Position numbers and translations under genes: made by a program | Source of the DNA: a virus | Lineage: Duplodnaviria > Caudoviricetes | Strand: one strand, 5' to 3' | Length of the DNA stretch: 64,000 bases | IMG/VR virus record: IMGVR_UViG_2534682207_000010 | Coordinates: 1-64,000 of that record | Notes under the pieces: model-generated | What the model saw: only the letters and a program-made list of their open reading frames with translations | What the model was told of the DNA's origin: nothing | Database searches by the model: none | In this document: positions 9,153 to 18,051 of the stretch, piece after piece | Layout of the letters: each line of letters begins with the position of its first letter | Numbering within the stretch: the stretch's first letter is position 1

Positions 9153-10112
9153 ATGGCAGGAAAGCAGACAGAGAATAAACAGGATACGGCGGTGGCTCCG
9201 GCAGGGCAGCAGGCAGCAACTTTAATTGTAAACAACTCATTTATTGATGGATTATCGGCACAGTTGAAACTGAAGCAGGAATACGGCTTGACGTTTCCAC
9301 CAGACTATAATCCTACTAATGCGCTGATGGGGGCATATCTTCAGCTCAAGGAAACCAATGATAAAAATGGAAAATGCGTTCTGGAAACCTGCTCGCAGGC
9401 CAGTATTGCCAACAGCCTGATGGAAATGGTTACAAAAGGGTTGAATATGCAGAAGAAGCAGTGTTACCCGGTTCCTTATGGCGGAAAGTTGCAGTGCCAG
9501 GTGTCCTATCACGGATGGAAAGCAATGGCTCACAGGTATGGCGCAAAGACTATTGACGCAGAGGTTATCTATGAGGGAGATACCTTTAAATACCATATTG
9601 AGAATGGCCGGAAGGTGTTGGAGGAGCATACGCAGGACTTTATGAATATAGACCTTGACAAAATCAAAGGTGCTTACTGCTTTATTACTCTGACGAATGG
9701 AAGTAGGTACATTGAGGTCATGAATATCAATCAGATTAAGACGGCATGGAGAAAAGGGTACGGATACAAGGAAAACGCCGGTACTCATAAGGAATTTACC
9801 GACATGATGGCAAAGAAAACAGTAGTTTCCAGAGCCTGCCGCCAGATTGTACAGCAGTACGGAGATTCAGTCGTAGTTGAGAGTGTGGAGCATGATGACG
9901 ATTTCTCCGATGTGGATGTGGTTGCCGAAGATGTCAAATATGATATTGAGCAGTATGCCAACGCCCAGGAGTTTCCGATAGAACCAGAACCGGACCAGCC
10001 GCAGACAGCCATTGAACAGAAGGAACCGACGAAGACCATGGCAGATGTGACAGCAGGACAGAAGCAGAAGGAACCTGCTTCTGCGGTGGATAAAAGCTGG
10101 ATGGAGGGATAG
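9153..10112 (+). CDS. recT: RecT-family single-strand annealing protein
   Basis: SIANSLMEMVTKGL..CYPVPYG..YHG..DMMAKKTVVSRAC, acidic C-terminal tail. Confidence 0.85.
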   Translation: MAGKQTENKQDTAVAPAGQQAATLIVNNSFIDGLSAQLKLKQEYGLTFPPDYNPTNALMGAYLQLKETNDKNGKCVLETCSQASIANSLMEMVTKGLNMQKKQCYPVPYGGKLQCQVSYHGWKAMAHRYGAKTIDAEVIYEGDTFKYHIENGRKVLEEHTQDFMNIDLDKIKGAYCFITLTNGSRYIEVMNINQIKTAWRKGYGYKENAGTHKEFTDMMAKKTVVSRACRQIVQQYGDSVVVESVEHDDDFSDVDVVAEDVKYDIEQYANAQEFPIEPEPDQPQTAIEQKEPTKTMADVTAGQKQKEPASAVDKSWMEG

Positions 10113-10115
10113 TAC

Positions 10116-10508
10116 ATGGAGTGTATGTCGGCATTAGCGGTAATCGCGAAAGGCATGGAAGATAACCTCTACAATTACACGGTTGATGGAAAATGCTCCA
10201 AGTGCGGAAATTGTTGTTCAGATATTCTCCCGCTGTCAGATGATGAAATCCGTAGGATTCACAAGTATGTTCGCCAGAACGGGATAAAGGAAAGCAAACA
10301 CCTTATCCCGGTGGCGAAACCGGTATTGGATATGACCTGCACATTCCGGGATAATGGGAAGAAAATCTGCACGATTTATGAAGTTAGGCCGGAAATCTGT
10401 CGTCAATTTATTTGTGACAGCGAGCAGAGAGCAAAAGAAAACCGAGAACGGCTAAAAAAGGGCAGGCGAGTGTTCTCAATGAGAGAGGTGTTCTTCGGTG
10501 TTGATTAA
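10116..10508 (+). CDS. YkgJ-like Fe-S/Zn-chelating protein
   Basis: CSKCGNCC...CTF...CTIYEVRPEICR motif. Confidence 0.8.
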   Translation: MECMSALAVIAKGMEDNLYNYTVDGKCSKCGNCCSDILPLSDDEIRRIHKYVRQNGIKESKHLIPVAKPVLDMTCTFRDNGKKICTIYEVRPEICRQFICDSEQRAKENRERLKKGRRVFSMREVFFGVD

Positions 10509-10824
10509 AAGCCAGAGCGGAAAACAAATAGTCAACTTTGACAAATACAATGGCATTTGCATTGGCTATCCGAATGAAAGTGACTTTAAGATTTATGCAG
10601 TATTGGAAGTAGATTCCGAGCACATTAGCCAAGTGGAGCTTGGGATATATTCTTCTGAAAATAAGGCACAAAAGGTTCTGGACTGGATTCTGGACAGTTA
10701 CAGCATGAATTTGTTGTTGAACTTAATTCCCGAATCGAAGCCAAGAGATTTGTTTGACGAGTATGTGGCAGACCAGATGTTCGGAATCTTTGAGATGCCG
10801 AGTGACGAGGAGGTCGAGGTATGA
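10498..10824 (+). CDS. Hypothetical phage protein (paralogue-like to next gene)
   Basis: MLIKSQ...FEMPSDEEVEV. Confidence 0.7.
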   Translation: MLIKSQSGKQIVNFDKYNGICIGYPNESDFKIYAVLEVDSEHISQVELGIYSSENKAQKVLDWILDSYSMNLLLNLIPESKPRDLFDEYVADQMFGIFEMPSDEEVEV

Positions 10825-11186
10825 GGGTAATATCGCAGAATGGTGCTATTGATGTTCCTTATGAAATGACGGCTTTTCACTTAGCTGGTGGAATGATTCG
10901 CATGAACATGGTCGGCGACACTGGAAAAGTGACGCTGATGGCGCAGTATGAAACGCCTGAAAAGGCAGAAAAAGCCATGGAGATGCTTCATAAGGCATAC
11001 ACCGGAATTATGCCAAGTTTGGTAATTGACAGGAATGCCAAACTCGATGAAGAAAGCATGAAAGCACTGATAAACTCTACCGCGGGAGTATTTGTTAAGC
11101 CTGCTAATGCTGGAGACATTGATGTACATATGCTTCCACGGATATTCCAGTTTCCAACAGATGATGAAATTGAGGTGGAGGAATGA
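10821..11186 (+). CDS. Hypothetical phage protein
   Basis: MRVISQ...FQFPTDDEIEVEE. Confidence 0.7.
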   Translation: MRVISQNGAIDVPYEMTAFHLAGGMIRMNMVGDTGKVTLMAQYETPEKAEKAMEMLHKAYTGIMPSLVIDRNAKLDEESMKALINSTAGVFVKPANAGDIDVHMLPRIFQFPTDDEIEVEE

Positions 11187-11566
11187 AGAAAGCGAGAGAT
11201 TTGCAGAAGTGTTTAGGAGCACATGATATCCAAATTACACATTTAGGTTTTGATGGTGGATGTGGGGTTTTTACAAAAGGAACACTTAAAAGCGCAACTG
11301 TAATCTGGAGTTATGCCGGTGGCTGGGAACATGTAAGTATCTGCCCCAAGAATAGAACGCCAGATTGGAATGAAATGTGTTTACTGAAAGATGTGTTCTG
11401 GAATGAGGACGAAACAGTTATCCAGTATCATCCCGCGAAGACGAACTATGTAAACAATATGAAAAACTGCCTGCACCTCTGGAAGCCGATTGAGCAGTTT
11501 CCTGGAAAGTTGCCAATTCCACCAGATATTATGGTTGGTGTGAAAGCAGTGGGTACAATGGGATGA
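11183..11566 (+). CDS. Conserved phage protein (GWEHVS..RTPDW..HP..YVN..CLHLW family)
   Basis: Recognisable conserved motif string. Confidence 0.7.
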   Translation: MKKARDLQKCLGAHDIQITHLGFDGGCGVFTKGTLKSATVIWSYAGGWEHVSICPKNRTPDWNEMCLLKDVFWNEDETVIQYHPAKTNYVNNMKNCLHLWKPIEQFPGKLPIPPDIMVGVKAVGTMG

Positions 11567-12291
11567 AACTAAAAGTTATTGGAAGCGGAAGTAAGGGAAA
11601 TTCCTATGCGCTGATTTCTGAGAATGCAATTCTTCTTCTGGAAGCTGGTTGCCGATTGATAGATGTAAAAAAGGCTATTAACTTCCAGATTGGCAAGGTG
11701 GTTGGATGCTTAGCGACCCACGCACACAAGGACCATATCGGTTACGTAAAAGACTTTCTTTCCGCCGGAATAAAAATTTACACCAATGGCGAGACAAAAG
11801 AAGTCGTTGATTGCGCATACGGCGAGTGGCTGTACGGGGTTCCAGAAAAGGAGATGTTTAAGGTTGGAAGATTCAAGGTAATGCCGTTTTATGTGCCGCA
11901 CAATGATACTCCAAATTATGGATATTTGGTTGAACATGAGGAAATGGGAAAACTGCTGTTTGCTACAGATTTTGAATATCTTCCGTGGACATTCAGGCAA
12001 CACCGATTGAATCATATGTTGATTGAATGTAACCACATGGACGATGTGGAGAACACGGGTCCGAACTACGAACACGTTATGCGTGGACACAGCAGTTTAT
12101 CAACGGTACTTGATGTTGTTCGTAAAAACCAAACACCGTGTTTGCGTAACGTCATATTATGCCATTTAAGCCATTTTAATGCAGACACCAAGCAAATGTT
12201 GGCTGAGGTCGAAAAAGTGGCTGGAAACCGCGTTAAAGTGTTCTGTGCAGAGGCTGGATTGGAAGCGGAGTTAAGGAAAGAGCTATTTTAG
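11563..12291 (+). CDS. MBL-fold metallo-hydrolase (likely 5'-3' exonuclease partner of RecT)
   Basis: GSGSKGN, THAHKDH, VPHN, ATD, HLS motifs. Confidence 0.85.
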   Translation: MKLKVIGSGSKGNSYALISENAILLLEAGCRLIDVKKAINFQIGKVVGCLATHAHKDHIGYVKDFLSAGIKIYTNGETKEVVDCAYGEWLYGVPEKEMFKVGRFKVMPFYVPHNDTPNYGYLVEHEEMGKLLFATDFEYLPWTFRQHRLNHMLIECNHMDDVENTGPNYEHVMRGHSSLSTVLDVVRKNQTPCLRNVILCHLSHFNADTKQMLAEVEKVAGNRVKVFCAEAGLEAELRKELF

Positions 12292-12305
12292 GGAGGAAAC
12301 AAGAA

Positions 12306-13316
12306 ATGCTGAAAAAAGCAAACATTCAGTGGAGCGGTAAAACGCTGCGGAACCAGATTGAGAAAGGACAGGTTTCTTTTGACTGTGCAGTTCAGAGAAA
12401 TCCGGTTTGGGATATGTCCAGAAAATCCTTGCTGATTCACTCAATGATAGAGGGATATCCGATTCCACCATTCTATTTTGCACGGAAAGATGATGGTAAG
12501 TATGACGCTTTAGATGGTCAGCAGAGGTCACTTTCTATTAAGGGATATCTGGATGGAGAGTTTCCTTTATCAGATGATACTCCGCAAGTAATAGATGAAA
12601 ATGGTTTTCCTGTGACTGTTTCAGGGTTGAAGTTTTCAGAACTTCCAGAGTGGGCGCAGGACAATATTAAGGATTATTCACTGACAATCTATTACTTTGA
12701 GGGCATTACTGAGGAAGAGATTGCAGAACTGTTCTTCCGTATTAATAACGGAAAGCCTCTTACCAGTGTAGAACTGACAAGAGTTAAAGCGAAAAGCATT
12801 CTGAAATTCCAGGAAATTGCCAAGCATGAAATGATTGCAGGGGCAATTACTGAAGCAGGGAAGCGTCGCTACAATGACGAAAATGTTGCTATGCAAGCCT
12901 GGGCATTATGCTTTTCGGATTGCCGGGACTTCACGACAAAAGGCTTTCGCCCTCTTATCGAATCAGCGGAGGTTACAGATGAGCAGGTACAGGAAATTGG
13001 ACAGGCCCTTGATTATGTTAAGGAAGTCAGCGACCTTTTAAATCCTGAAGAAAAGATAGATAAGCGTGTATTGAAGAAAATTAAGACTAGAAGCCATCTG
13101 GTGTCCTGTACATATGTTGCACTGAAAGCATTACGGGCTGGAAAGTCGGTAGATGAACTGAAAGATATTCTGTATAAGTTCTTCGATTCCAGCCAAACCA
13201 GTGTGAGCGAGATTTACAACAAGTCTGTTGGGAGCGGTTCTGCGAAGCCGGATAAGGTGCAGAGCAGAGTGCAGGTGCTTGATTCACTGATTGGAGGGAG
13301 ATATGAAAATATATAA
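12306..13316 (+). CDS. DUF262 (GmrSD N-terminal, ParB/Srx-fold) protein
   Basis: VQRNPVW..LIHSMIEGYPIP..LDGQQR..LFFRINNG motifs. Confidence 0.8.
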   Translation: MLKKANIQWSGKTLRNQIEKGQVSFDCAVQRNPVWDMSRKSLLIHSMIEGYPIPPFYFARKDDGKYDALDGQQRSLSIKGYLDGEFPLSDDTPQVIDENGFPVTVSGLKFSELPEWAQDNIKDYSLTIYYFEGITEEEIAELFFRINNGKPLTSVELTRVKAKSILKFQEIAKHEMIAGAITEAGKRRYNDENVAMQAWALCFSDCRDFTTKGFRPLIESAEVTDEQVQEIGQALDYVKEVSDLLNPEEKIDKRVLKKIKTRSHLVSCTYVALKALRAGKSVDELKDILYKFFDSSQTSVSEIYNKSVGSGSAKPDKVQSRVQVLDSLIGGRYENI

Positions 13317-13605
13317 ATTTCGATATCGTTCATGGTCTGTACAGTTTGAACGAACGGAGTATGAGGCAGAAGAAAAACCAAAATCTTATACCCTTTTAGG
13401 AGTATCGAACAGGCGTATATTAAAAAGAGAAATCGGTACAGTGACTGGATTTAACGATACTGTATATCTTTTGGAGGATGACAAAAAGAAAGCTGTTGAG
13501 CTTCTGATTGAGAAGCAAAGGGAACTCTTCAAAATGGAGAGTGACCGTCATTTGAAAGAGGTTTGCAGGATAGAAAACACTATAAAAACTTTGGAGGAAT
13601 TATGA
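13303..13605 (+). CDS. Hypothetical protein
   Basis: RBS ggagg; operon overlap. Confidence 0.65.
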   Translation: MKIYKFRYRSWSVQFERTEYEAEEKPKSYTLLGVSNRRILKREIGTVTGFNDTVYLLEDDKKKAVELLIEKQRELFKMESDRHLKEVCRIENTIKTLEEL

Positions 13606-14171
13606 AGAAAGTCGCAAGAGTAATTGTTACATATAAATGCCCCAGGCATTGCGAAAACTGCTGTAATGAGCATATCGGGAATGTTCCGGAGGTTAAGTTT
13701 GAAGATTTGCTGAAATACGAGGAATTGGTAATCACCGGAGGAGAGCCGATGTTACTTGCGCCGAGAGTTTTGGAAATGATTCATCGCCTTCGGGCAAATG
13801 GATATGACGGAAAGATTTGGCTGTATACGTCATGCGTTAAAACCGCCAGATGGGCAGACATAGCCGTTTTAAAGGAAGTGGACGGAATAACCTACACCTT
13901 GCACCATAAACCCTCTAAAACGGATTTAATGGACGCAAGAAAGCTTAGCAAGTACATTCTGGATAATTTTGATAACAGAAAAAATAGGCGCTCTGACAGA
14001 CTGTTGATTGACAGCCGCTGCTATACGAATGAGGTTCTGACCATTATCGGACTTGATACGGAAGATTCCTTGGGACATTGGACAAGCGTAAAATCGCTGA
14101 AATGGAAAGATGGAGCGTGTCCGTTACCGGAGAGCGAGGAATTGGTTTTCTATGATTTGGAAGAGGAGTAG
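13602..14171 (+). CDS. Radical-SAM-like protein (short)
   Basis: CxxxCxxC (CPRHCENC), ITGGEPM motif. Confidence 0.75.
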   Translation: MKKVARVIVTYKCPRHCENCCNEHIGNVPEVKFEDLLKYEELVITGGEPMLLAPRVLEMIHRLRANGYDGKIWLYTSCVKTARWADIAVLKEVDGITYTLHHKPSKTDLMDARKLSKYILDNFDNRKNRRSDRLLIDSRCYTNEVLTIIGLDTEDSLGHWTSVKSLKWKDGACPLPESEELVFYDLEEE

Positions 14172-14194
14172 AAAGGCAAACAGGAGAAAAACGA

Positions 14195-14383
14195 ATGGAC
14201 TTTTACAGATGCCCATATGTGGACGTGATACCATTCCGGAATGGAAATGAATATGATGAGTGTTATCGGTGTGGAGCGACTGGAAAGACTTGTGATGCTT
14301 GTCAATGTAAACTAACGCCAGAGCAGGCAGAAAGTTTGTTTGCAGAAAAAGGAGCAGAGTATGGTAAAGAGTGTAGTCTATGA
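14195..14383 (+). CDS. Small Cys-rich protein (paralogue of 23757-23921)
   Basis: MDFYRCPY..CGATGKTCDACQCKLTPE. Confidence 0.7.
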   Translation: MDFYRCPYVDVIPFRNGNEYDECYRCGATGKTCDACQCKLTPEQAESLFAEKGAEYGKECSL

Positions 14384-14645
14384 AAAGGTTACATACAAAC
14401 AGATTGATGATATGAAGCATGCCATTGGTTTTGATAATCGAAAGGTACGTGGAACAAAGCACCGGAGATATGAGCCATATCGAAACTATTTTGACGCAGG
14501 CCACAGAGGTTCAGAGGACTGGGAGCAGCTTGTTTCTATTGGGTTAGCAACAAAAAGTGGCGAGCATTGGTATCACGTTTCTGATGATGGGCGTTTGTTC
14601 TTAAAACGTGTAACTGGTGTGGAAATTCTGCTGGAAAGTGATTAA
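14361..14645 (+). CDS. Hypothetical phage protein
   Basis: MKHAIG..YRNYF..W..LV..GLA motif; RBS ggag. Confidence 0.7.
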   Translation: MVKSVVYEKVTYKQIDDMKHAIGFDNRKVRGTKHRRYEPYRNYFDAGHRGSEDWEQLVSIGLATKSGEHWYHVSDDGRLFLKRVTGVEILLESD

Positions 14646-14742
14646 TACATGGGCGCAATCCCATTTAAAACTATGATGTGATTTTAATAGGCCTATTAAA
14701 TAAATGTAACCCGTAAACATATTGCTTATGGAGGAAAATATC

Positions 14743-15174
14743 ATGGAAAAAGTAAATCTGGAAGAATTGGTAGGAGGAGGCCTGCAGGAAGTATTTGCAA
14801 AAGCGATGGAGGAAGTTGTTGAGAATATGCAGAATCCCAACACTCCATACAAAAACAAGCGTGAAATCGCAATCAAACTTAAATTTGAGCAGAATGAGGA
14901 CAGGAATGACGCGGCGGTGGATATTTCCGTCACAACAAAGCTGGCTCCGGTAAAACCGATGGTCACAAGAATGGCAATTGGAAAAGATTTAAGAACCAGA
15001 GAAGTGTACGCACAGGAGTATGGAAATACCATGCGTGGACAGATGGAATTTAAGCCAAGCGCCCAGAATCCGGCGGAACTTGTAGTGGATGGAAAAACTG
15101 TAGACCCGGAAACAGGAGAAATTAAAGAGTCTCTGGTAAAGGTTTTGGATATGAGAACAGCTAAACAGGCATAA
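14743..15174 (+). CDS. Conserved phage protein (often labelled replication terminator protein)
   Basis: GGGLQE..VVENMQNPNTPYK..REI..TTKLAP. Confidence 0.65.
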   Translation: MEKVNLEELVGGGLQEVFAKAMEEVVENMQNPNTPYKNKREIAIKLKFEQNEDRNDAAVDISVTTKLAPVKPMVTRMAIGKDLRTREVYAQEYGNTMRGQMEFKPSAQNPAELVVDGKTVDPETGEIKESLVKVLDMRTAKQA

Positions 15175-15188
15175 GGAGGATATGAAAA

Positions 15189-15911
15189 ATGGATATGACA
15201 AGAGACGCTTTACAGTATGTTGTTGGTTTAAAAACCGCGGAAGTTCTGGATATCAATGGTGAAAAGTATGTCGATAAGGACGTACATAGAGTGGACAAGG
15301 AACTTCGTGCTTCTGCCATTCAGATGAATACTCTTACCAGCCTGGTAGATTATCTGAAAGCTAGTGTTGATTCTATGGCAGACAAAATGTTGGTTCAGGT
15401 GGTTTCTCCTACGAAAGTAAGAGTACTCTCGATGCTGGATGCAGACCGGAAACGCGAGGAATTGGTGGATGTAGAGGCCATGATTCCGGATTTTGAGTAT
15501 GGGCGCTACATGGGAAATGAGCGTTTCATCATAGCTCTGCAGTCGAAATTCATTAACAACGATGACCGCACTTTGCTACTTCAGTTCGCTGGGACTGTCA
15601 AGGATGAATCTATCGCCCAGTACGGAGATGATGGCGTGACCCAGAAAGCTACCATTAAAACAGGAATTACAAGTGTAGGAGATGCCGTTGTGCCTAATCC
15701 GGTTAAATTACGGCCATTCCGTACATTCATTGAGGTAGAACAACCGGAAAGTGCATTTGTATTCCGCATGAGACAGGCAGAAGAACATGGTGTTGAGTGT
15801 GCTATCTTTGAGGCCGATGGTGGTGCGTGGAAGAATGCGGCCATGAAGTCAATTAAAGAGTATTTGCAGTATGAATTGGCAGAGCTGCCGCAGTTCACCG
15901 TAATTTCCTAA
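15189..15911 (+). CDS. Conserved phage protein, partner of the previous gene
   Basis: VPNPVKLRPFRTFIEVEQP..FVFR..FEADGGAW. Confidence 0.7.
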   Translation: MDMTRDALQYVVGLKTAEVLDINGEKYVDKDVHRVDKELRASAIQMNTLTSLVDYLKASVDSMADKMLVQVVSPTKVRVLSMLDADRKREELVDVEAMIPDFEYGRYMGNERFIIALQSKFINNDDRTLLLQFAGTVKDESIAQYGDDGVTQKATIKTGITSVGDAVVPNPVKLRPFRTFIEVEQPESAFVFRMRQAEEHGVECAIFEADGGAWKNAAMKSIKEYLQYELAELPQFTVIS

Positions 15912-15963
15912 GTTTGATATTGCCGGCTGTCTTTCGGGGCAGCCGGAGAAAGAGAGACAAAAC

Positions 15964-16413
15964 ATGAACAGAGTCATTTTAATGGGTCGACTGACCAGAG
16001 ACCCGGAAGTGAGATATTCCCAGGGAGAACGCTCCATGGCGATTGCCAGGTACACCCTTGCAGTGGACAGAAGGGGCCGCAGGAACCAGGACAGTTCCGC
16101 AGAGCAGCAGACAGCCGATTTTATCAACTGTGTTGCATTTGACCGCGCGGCCGAGTTTGCCGAGAAGTATTTCCGTCAGGGAATGCGGGTACTCGTGTCA
16201 GGCAGAATCCAGACAGGTAGCTATGTAAATAAAGAAGGTCAGAAAGTATACACCACCGAGGTCATTTTGGATGACCAGGAGTTTGCGGATAGTAAAGGAG
16301 CTTCCAGTGGTGGAAATCAGCCACAGGATAGACCTGCTTCAAACAGTCCGCTTGGAGATGGATTTATGAATATTCCAGATGGGGTAGAGGACGATGGTCT
16401 TCCCTTCAATTAA
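15964..16413 (+). CDS. ssb: Single-stranded DNA-binding protein
   Basis: MNRVILMGRLTRDPE..ADFINCV..DDGLPFN tail. Confidence 0.95.
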   Translation: MNRVILMGRLTRDPEVRYSQGERSMAIARYTLAVDRRGRRNQDSSAEQQTADFINCVAFDRAAEFAEKYFRQGMRVLVSGRIQTGSYVNKEGQKVYTTEVILDDQEFADSKGASSGGNQPQDRPASNSPLGDGFMNIPDGVEDDGLPFN

Positions 16414-16426
16414 GGCGGTGGTATGA

Positions 16427-17044
16427 TTGAAAATCCTTATTGATAAAGGGCAACAGGCCCACAAGCATGATTTAAAGCATGATTGTCTAAAAGCATTGGG
16501 AGCGGAATTACAGACTGTTCCGCTTCCGGTGGGAGATTATGTTTTAGTAGACGACAGGGTTGCTGATGTTTTGAAACGGAAAGAAGCAAGAGGAATCCCG
16601 GTAAAGAAAATGGATTTATCCGGTAGCTACACTGTTTCGGTGGACACGAAGAGGGATATACAGGAAGCAATTGGGAATATTTGCGGTAAACAACATGAAC
16701 GTTTTCGAGATGAATGCATTCTTGCCATGAATAATGGAATAACTTTATATGTCCTTGTAGAGAACGAGGATGGCATTTCCTGCCTGTCTGACCTGTACGC
16801 ATGGGAAAATCCACGCAGGAGAATGCAAAAGTGGACTACAACACCTTCAGGAGAGCGTAGAAAGGTATTACTAAGCCCTAATGCAACAAAAGGAGAGACA
16901 CTGGCGAAAGCTATAGAGACGATGGAACAAAAATACGGAGTGAAATTCCTTTTCTGCAAACCGGAAGAAGCTGGTGCAATGATATTGAAATTATTGGAGG
17001 TAGGTAATGGCAGAAAGACGTATGATGTCAAAAAAAATCATTGA
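16427..17044 (+). CDS. ERCC4-domain endonuclease (putative resolvase)
   Basis: LPVGDY..VDTKRDIQE..ERFRDE motifs. Confidence 0.8.
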   Translation: MKILIDKGQQAHKHDLKHDCLKALGAELQTVPLPVGDYVLVDDRVADVLKRKEARGIPVKKMDLSGSYTVSVDTKRDIQEAIGNICGKQHERFRDECILAMNNGITLYVLVENEDGISCLSDLYAWENPRRRMQKWTTTPSGERRKVLLSPNATKGETLAKAIETMEQKYGVKFLFCKPEEAGAMILKLLEVGNGRKTYDVKKNH

Positions 17045-17801
17045 TAGTGATGCATTTACCGAAATGCCATTATCATCACAAGCATTGTATTTTCACCTGT
17101 TGTTAAGAGCGGATGATGACGGATTCTTAAATAACGCTAAGAAGATAATGAGGGACGTTGGTGCAAACCAAAATGACTATGACATGTTACTTATGAAGCG
17201 CTTCCTCATCCAGTTTGAAGATGGAGTTTGCGTTATAAAGCATTGGAGGATACATAATTATATCCAAAAGGACCGATATAAGCCAACTTTATATACTGAC
17301 GAGTTGTCGCTTTTGACTCAAAAAGAAAACGGTGCATACAGTTTGGTAACTGATTGCGAACAGTCTGGAAACAATTTGGATACAAAATGTATCCAGGCTG
17401 AATCCACAATGTCTACATTGGACGCGCAGGTTAGGTTAGATAAGGATAGGATAGGTATAGGTAAAAATATTATAGTGTCTGACGACACTATATGTCGGAC
17501 AGATGTCCAACGAGTAGTAGAAGCTTGGAATCAGATTGGAGTGAATCCTGTTAGTAGAATGACATCAACATCCACCAGGTACAAAATGATTTCTGCCAGA
17601 ATAAAAGAGTATGGCATTGATGATGTTCTCAAAGCGATACAAAAAATAAATGGCAGCACATTTTTGAAAGGTGGAGGCAACCGCGGTTGGATGATTGATT
17701 TTGAATGGTTTGCCAGACCCAACAATTTTCCTAAAGTGCTTGAAGGTCAATATGATGACAAGAATAAATCTGGGAGTTTGGAGGGATGGCTGAATGAGTA
17801 A
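17007..17801 (+). CDS. Phage replisome organiser / replication initiator
   Basis: MAERRMMSK..SSQALYFHL..ADDDGF..IKHWRIHN; C-terminal DFEWF..NFPKVLEGQY. Confidence 0.85.
   Translation: MAERRMMSKKIIDSDAFTEMPLSSQALYFHLLLRADDDGFLNNAKKIMRDVGANQNDYDMLLMKRFLIQFEDGVCVIKHWRIHNYIQKDRYKPTLYTDELSLLTQKENGAYSLVTDCEQSGNNLDTKCIQAESTMSTLDAQVRLDKDRIGIGKNIIVSDDTICRTDVQRVVEAWNQIGVNPVSRMTSTSTRYKMISARIKEYGIDDVLKAIQKINGSTFLKGGGNRGWMIDFEWFARPNNFPKVLEGQYDDKNKSGSLEGWLNE
17377..17462. repeat. Candidate replication origin inside the initiator gene
   Basis: tggataca-aaa-tgtatcca (17377-17395), caatgt-ct-acattg (17407-17420), TAGG-rich run to ~17462. Confidence 0.45.
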
Positions 17802-18051
17802 GACAGACTTTGTGGATGTTATTTCATTTTTGCGTGGAGCTTATGCCAGAAATGATTTGCTGAAGGATGTAAACGAGGTTAATGTATGGTTCGAAGCACT
17901 GTGTGATTTAGAGTCCGAATGGATAAAGAAAGCAGCAGTCCAATGGGTTCAAGAAAGCAAATTTCCACCAGCAATTTCCGAGATTAGGGATTTGGCAAAG
18001 AAAATTGAACAACGTGCTTACGAGAATGGTGAGACCAAGATATGGCAGTAG
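17794..18051 (+). CDS. Helicase loader/inhibitor (G39P-like)
   Basis: W...L.D..KFPPAISEIR; follows the initiator. Confidence 0.65.
   Translation: MSKTDFVDVISFLRGAYARNDLLKDVNEVNVWFEALCDLESEWIKKAAVQWVQESKFPPAISEIRDLAKKIEQRAYENGETKIWQ

Noticed and set aside
14683-14700. Perfect 18-bp palindrome tttaataggcctattaaa
   Set aside because: Single AT-rich occurrence with no second copy; could be an operator or terminator but unsupported
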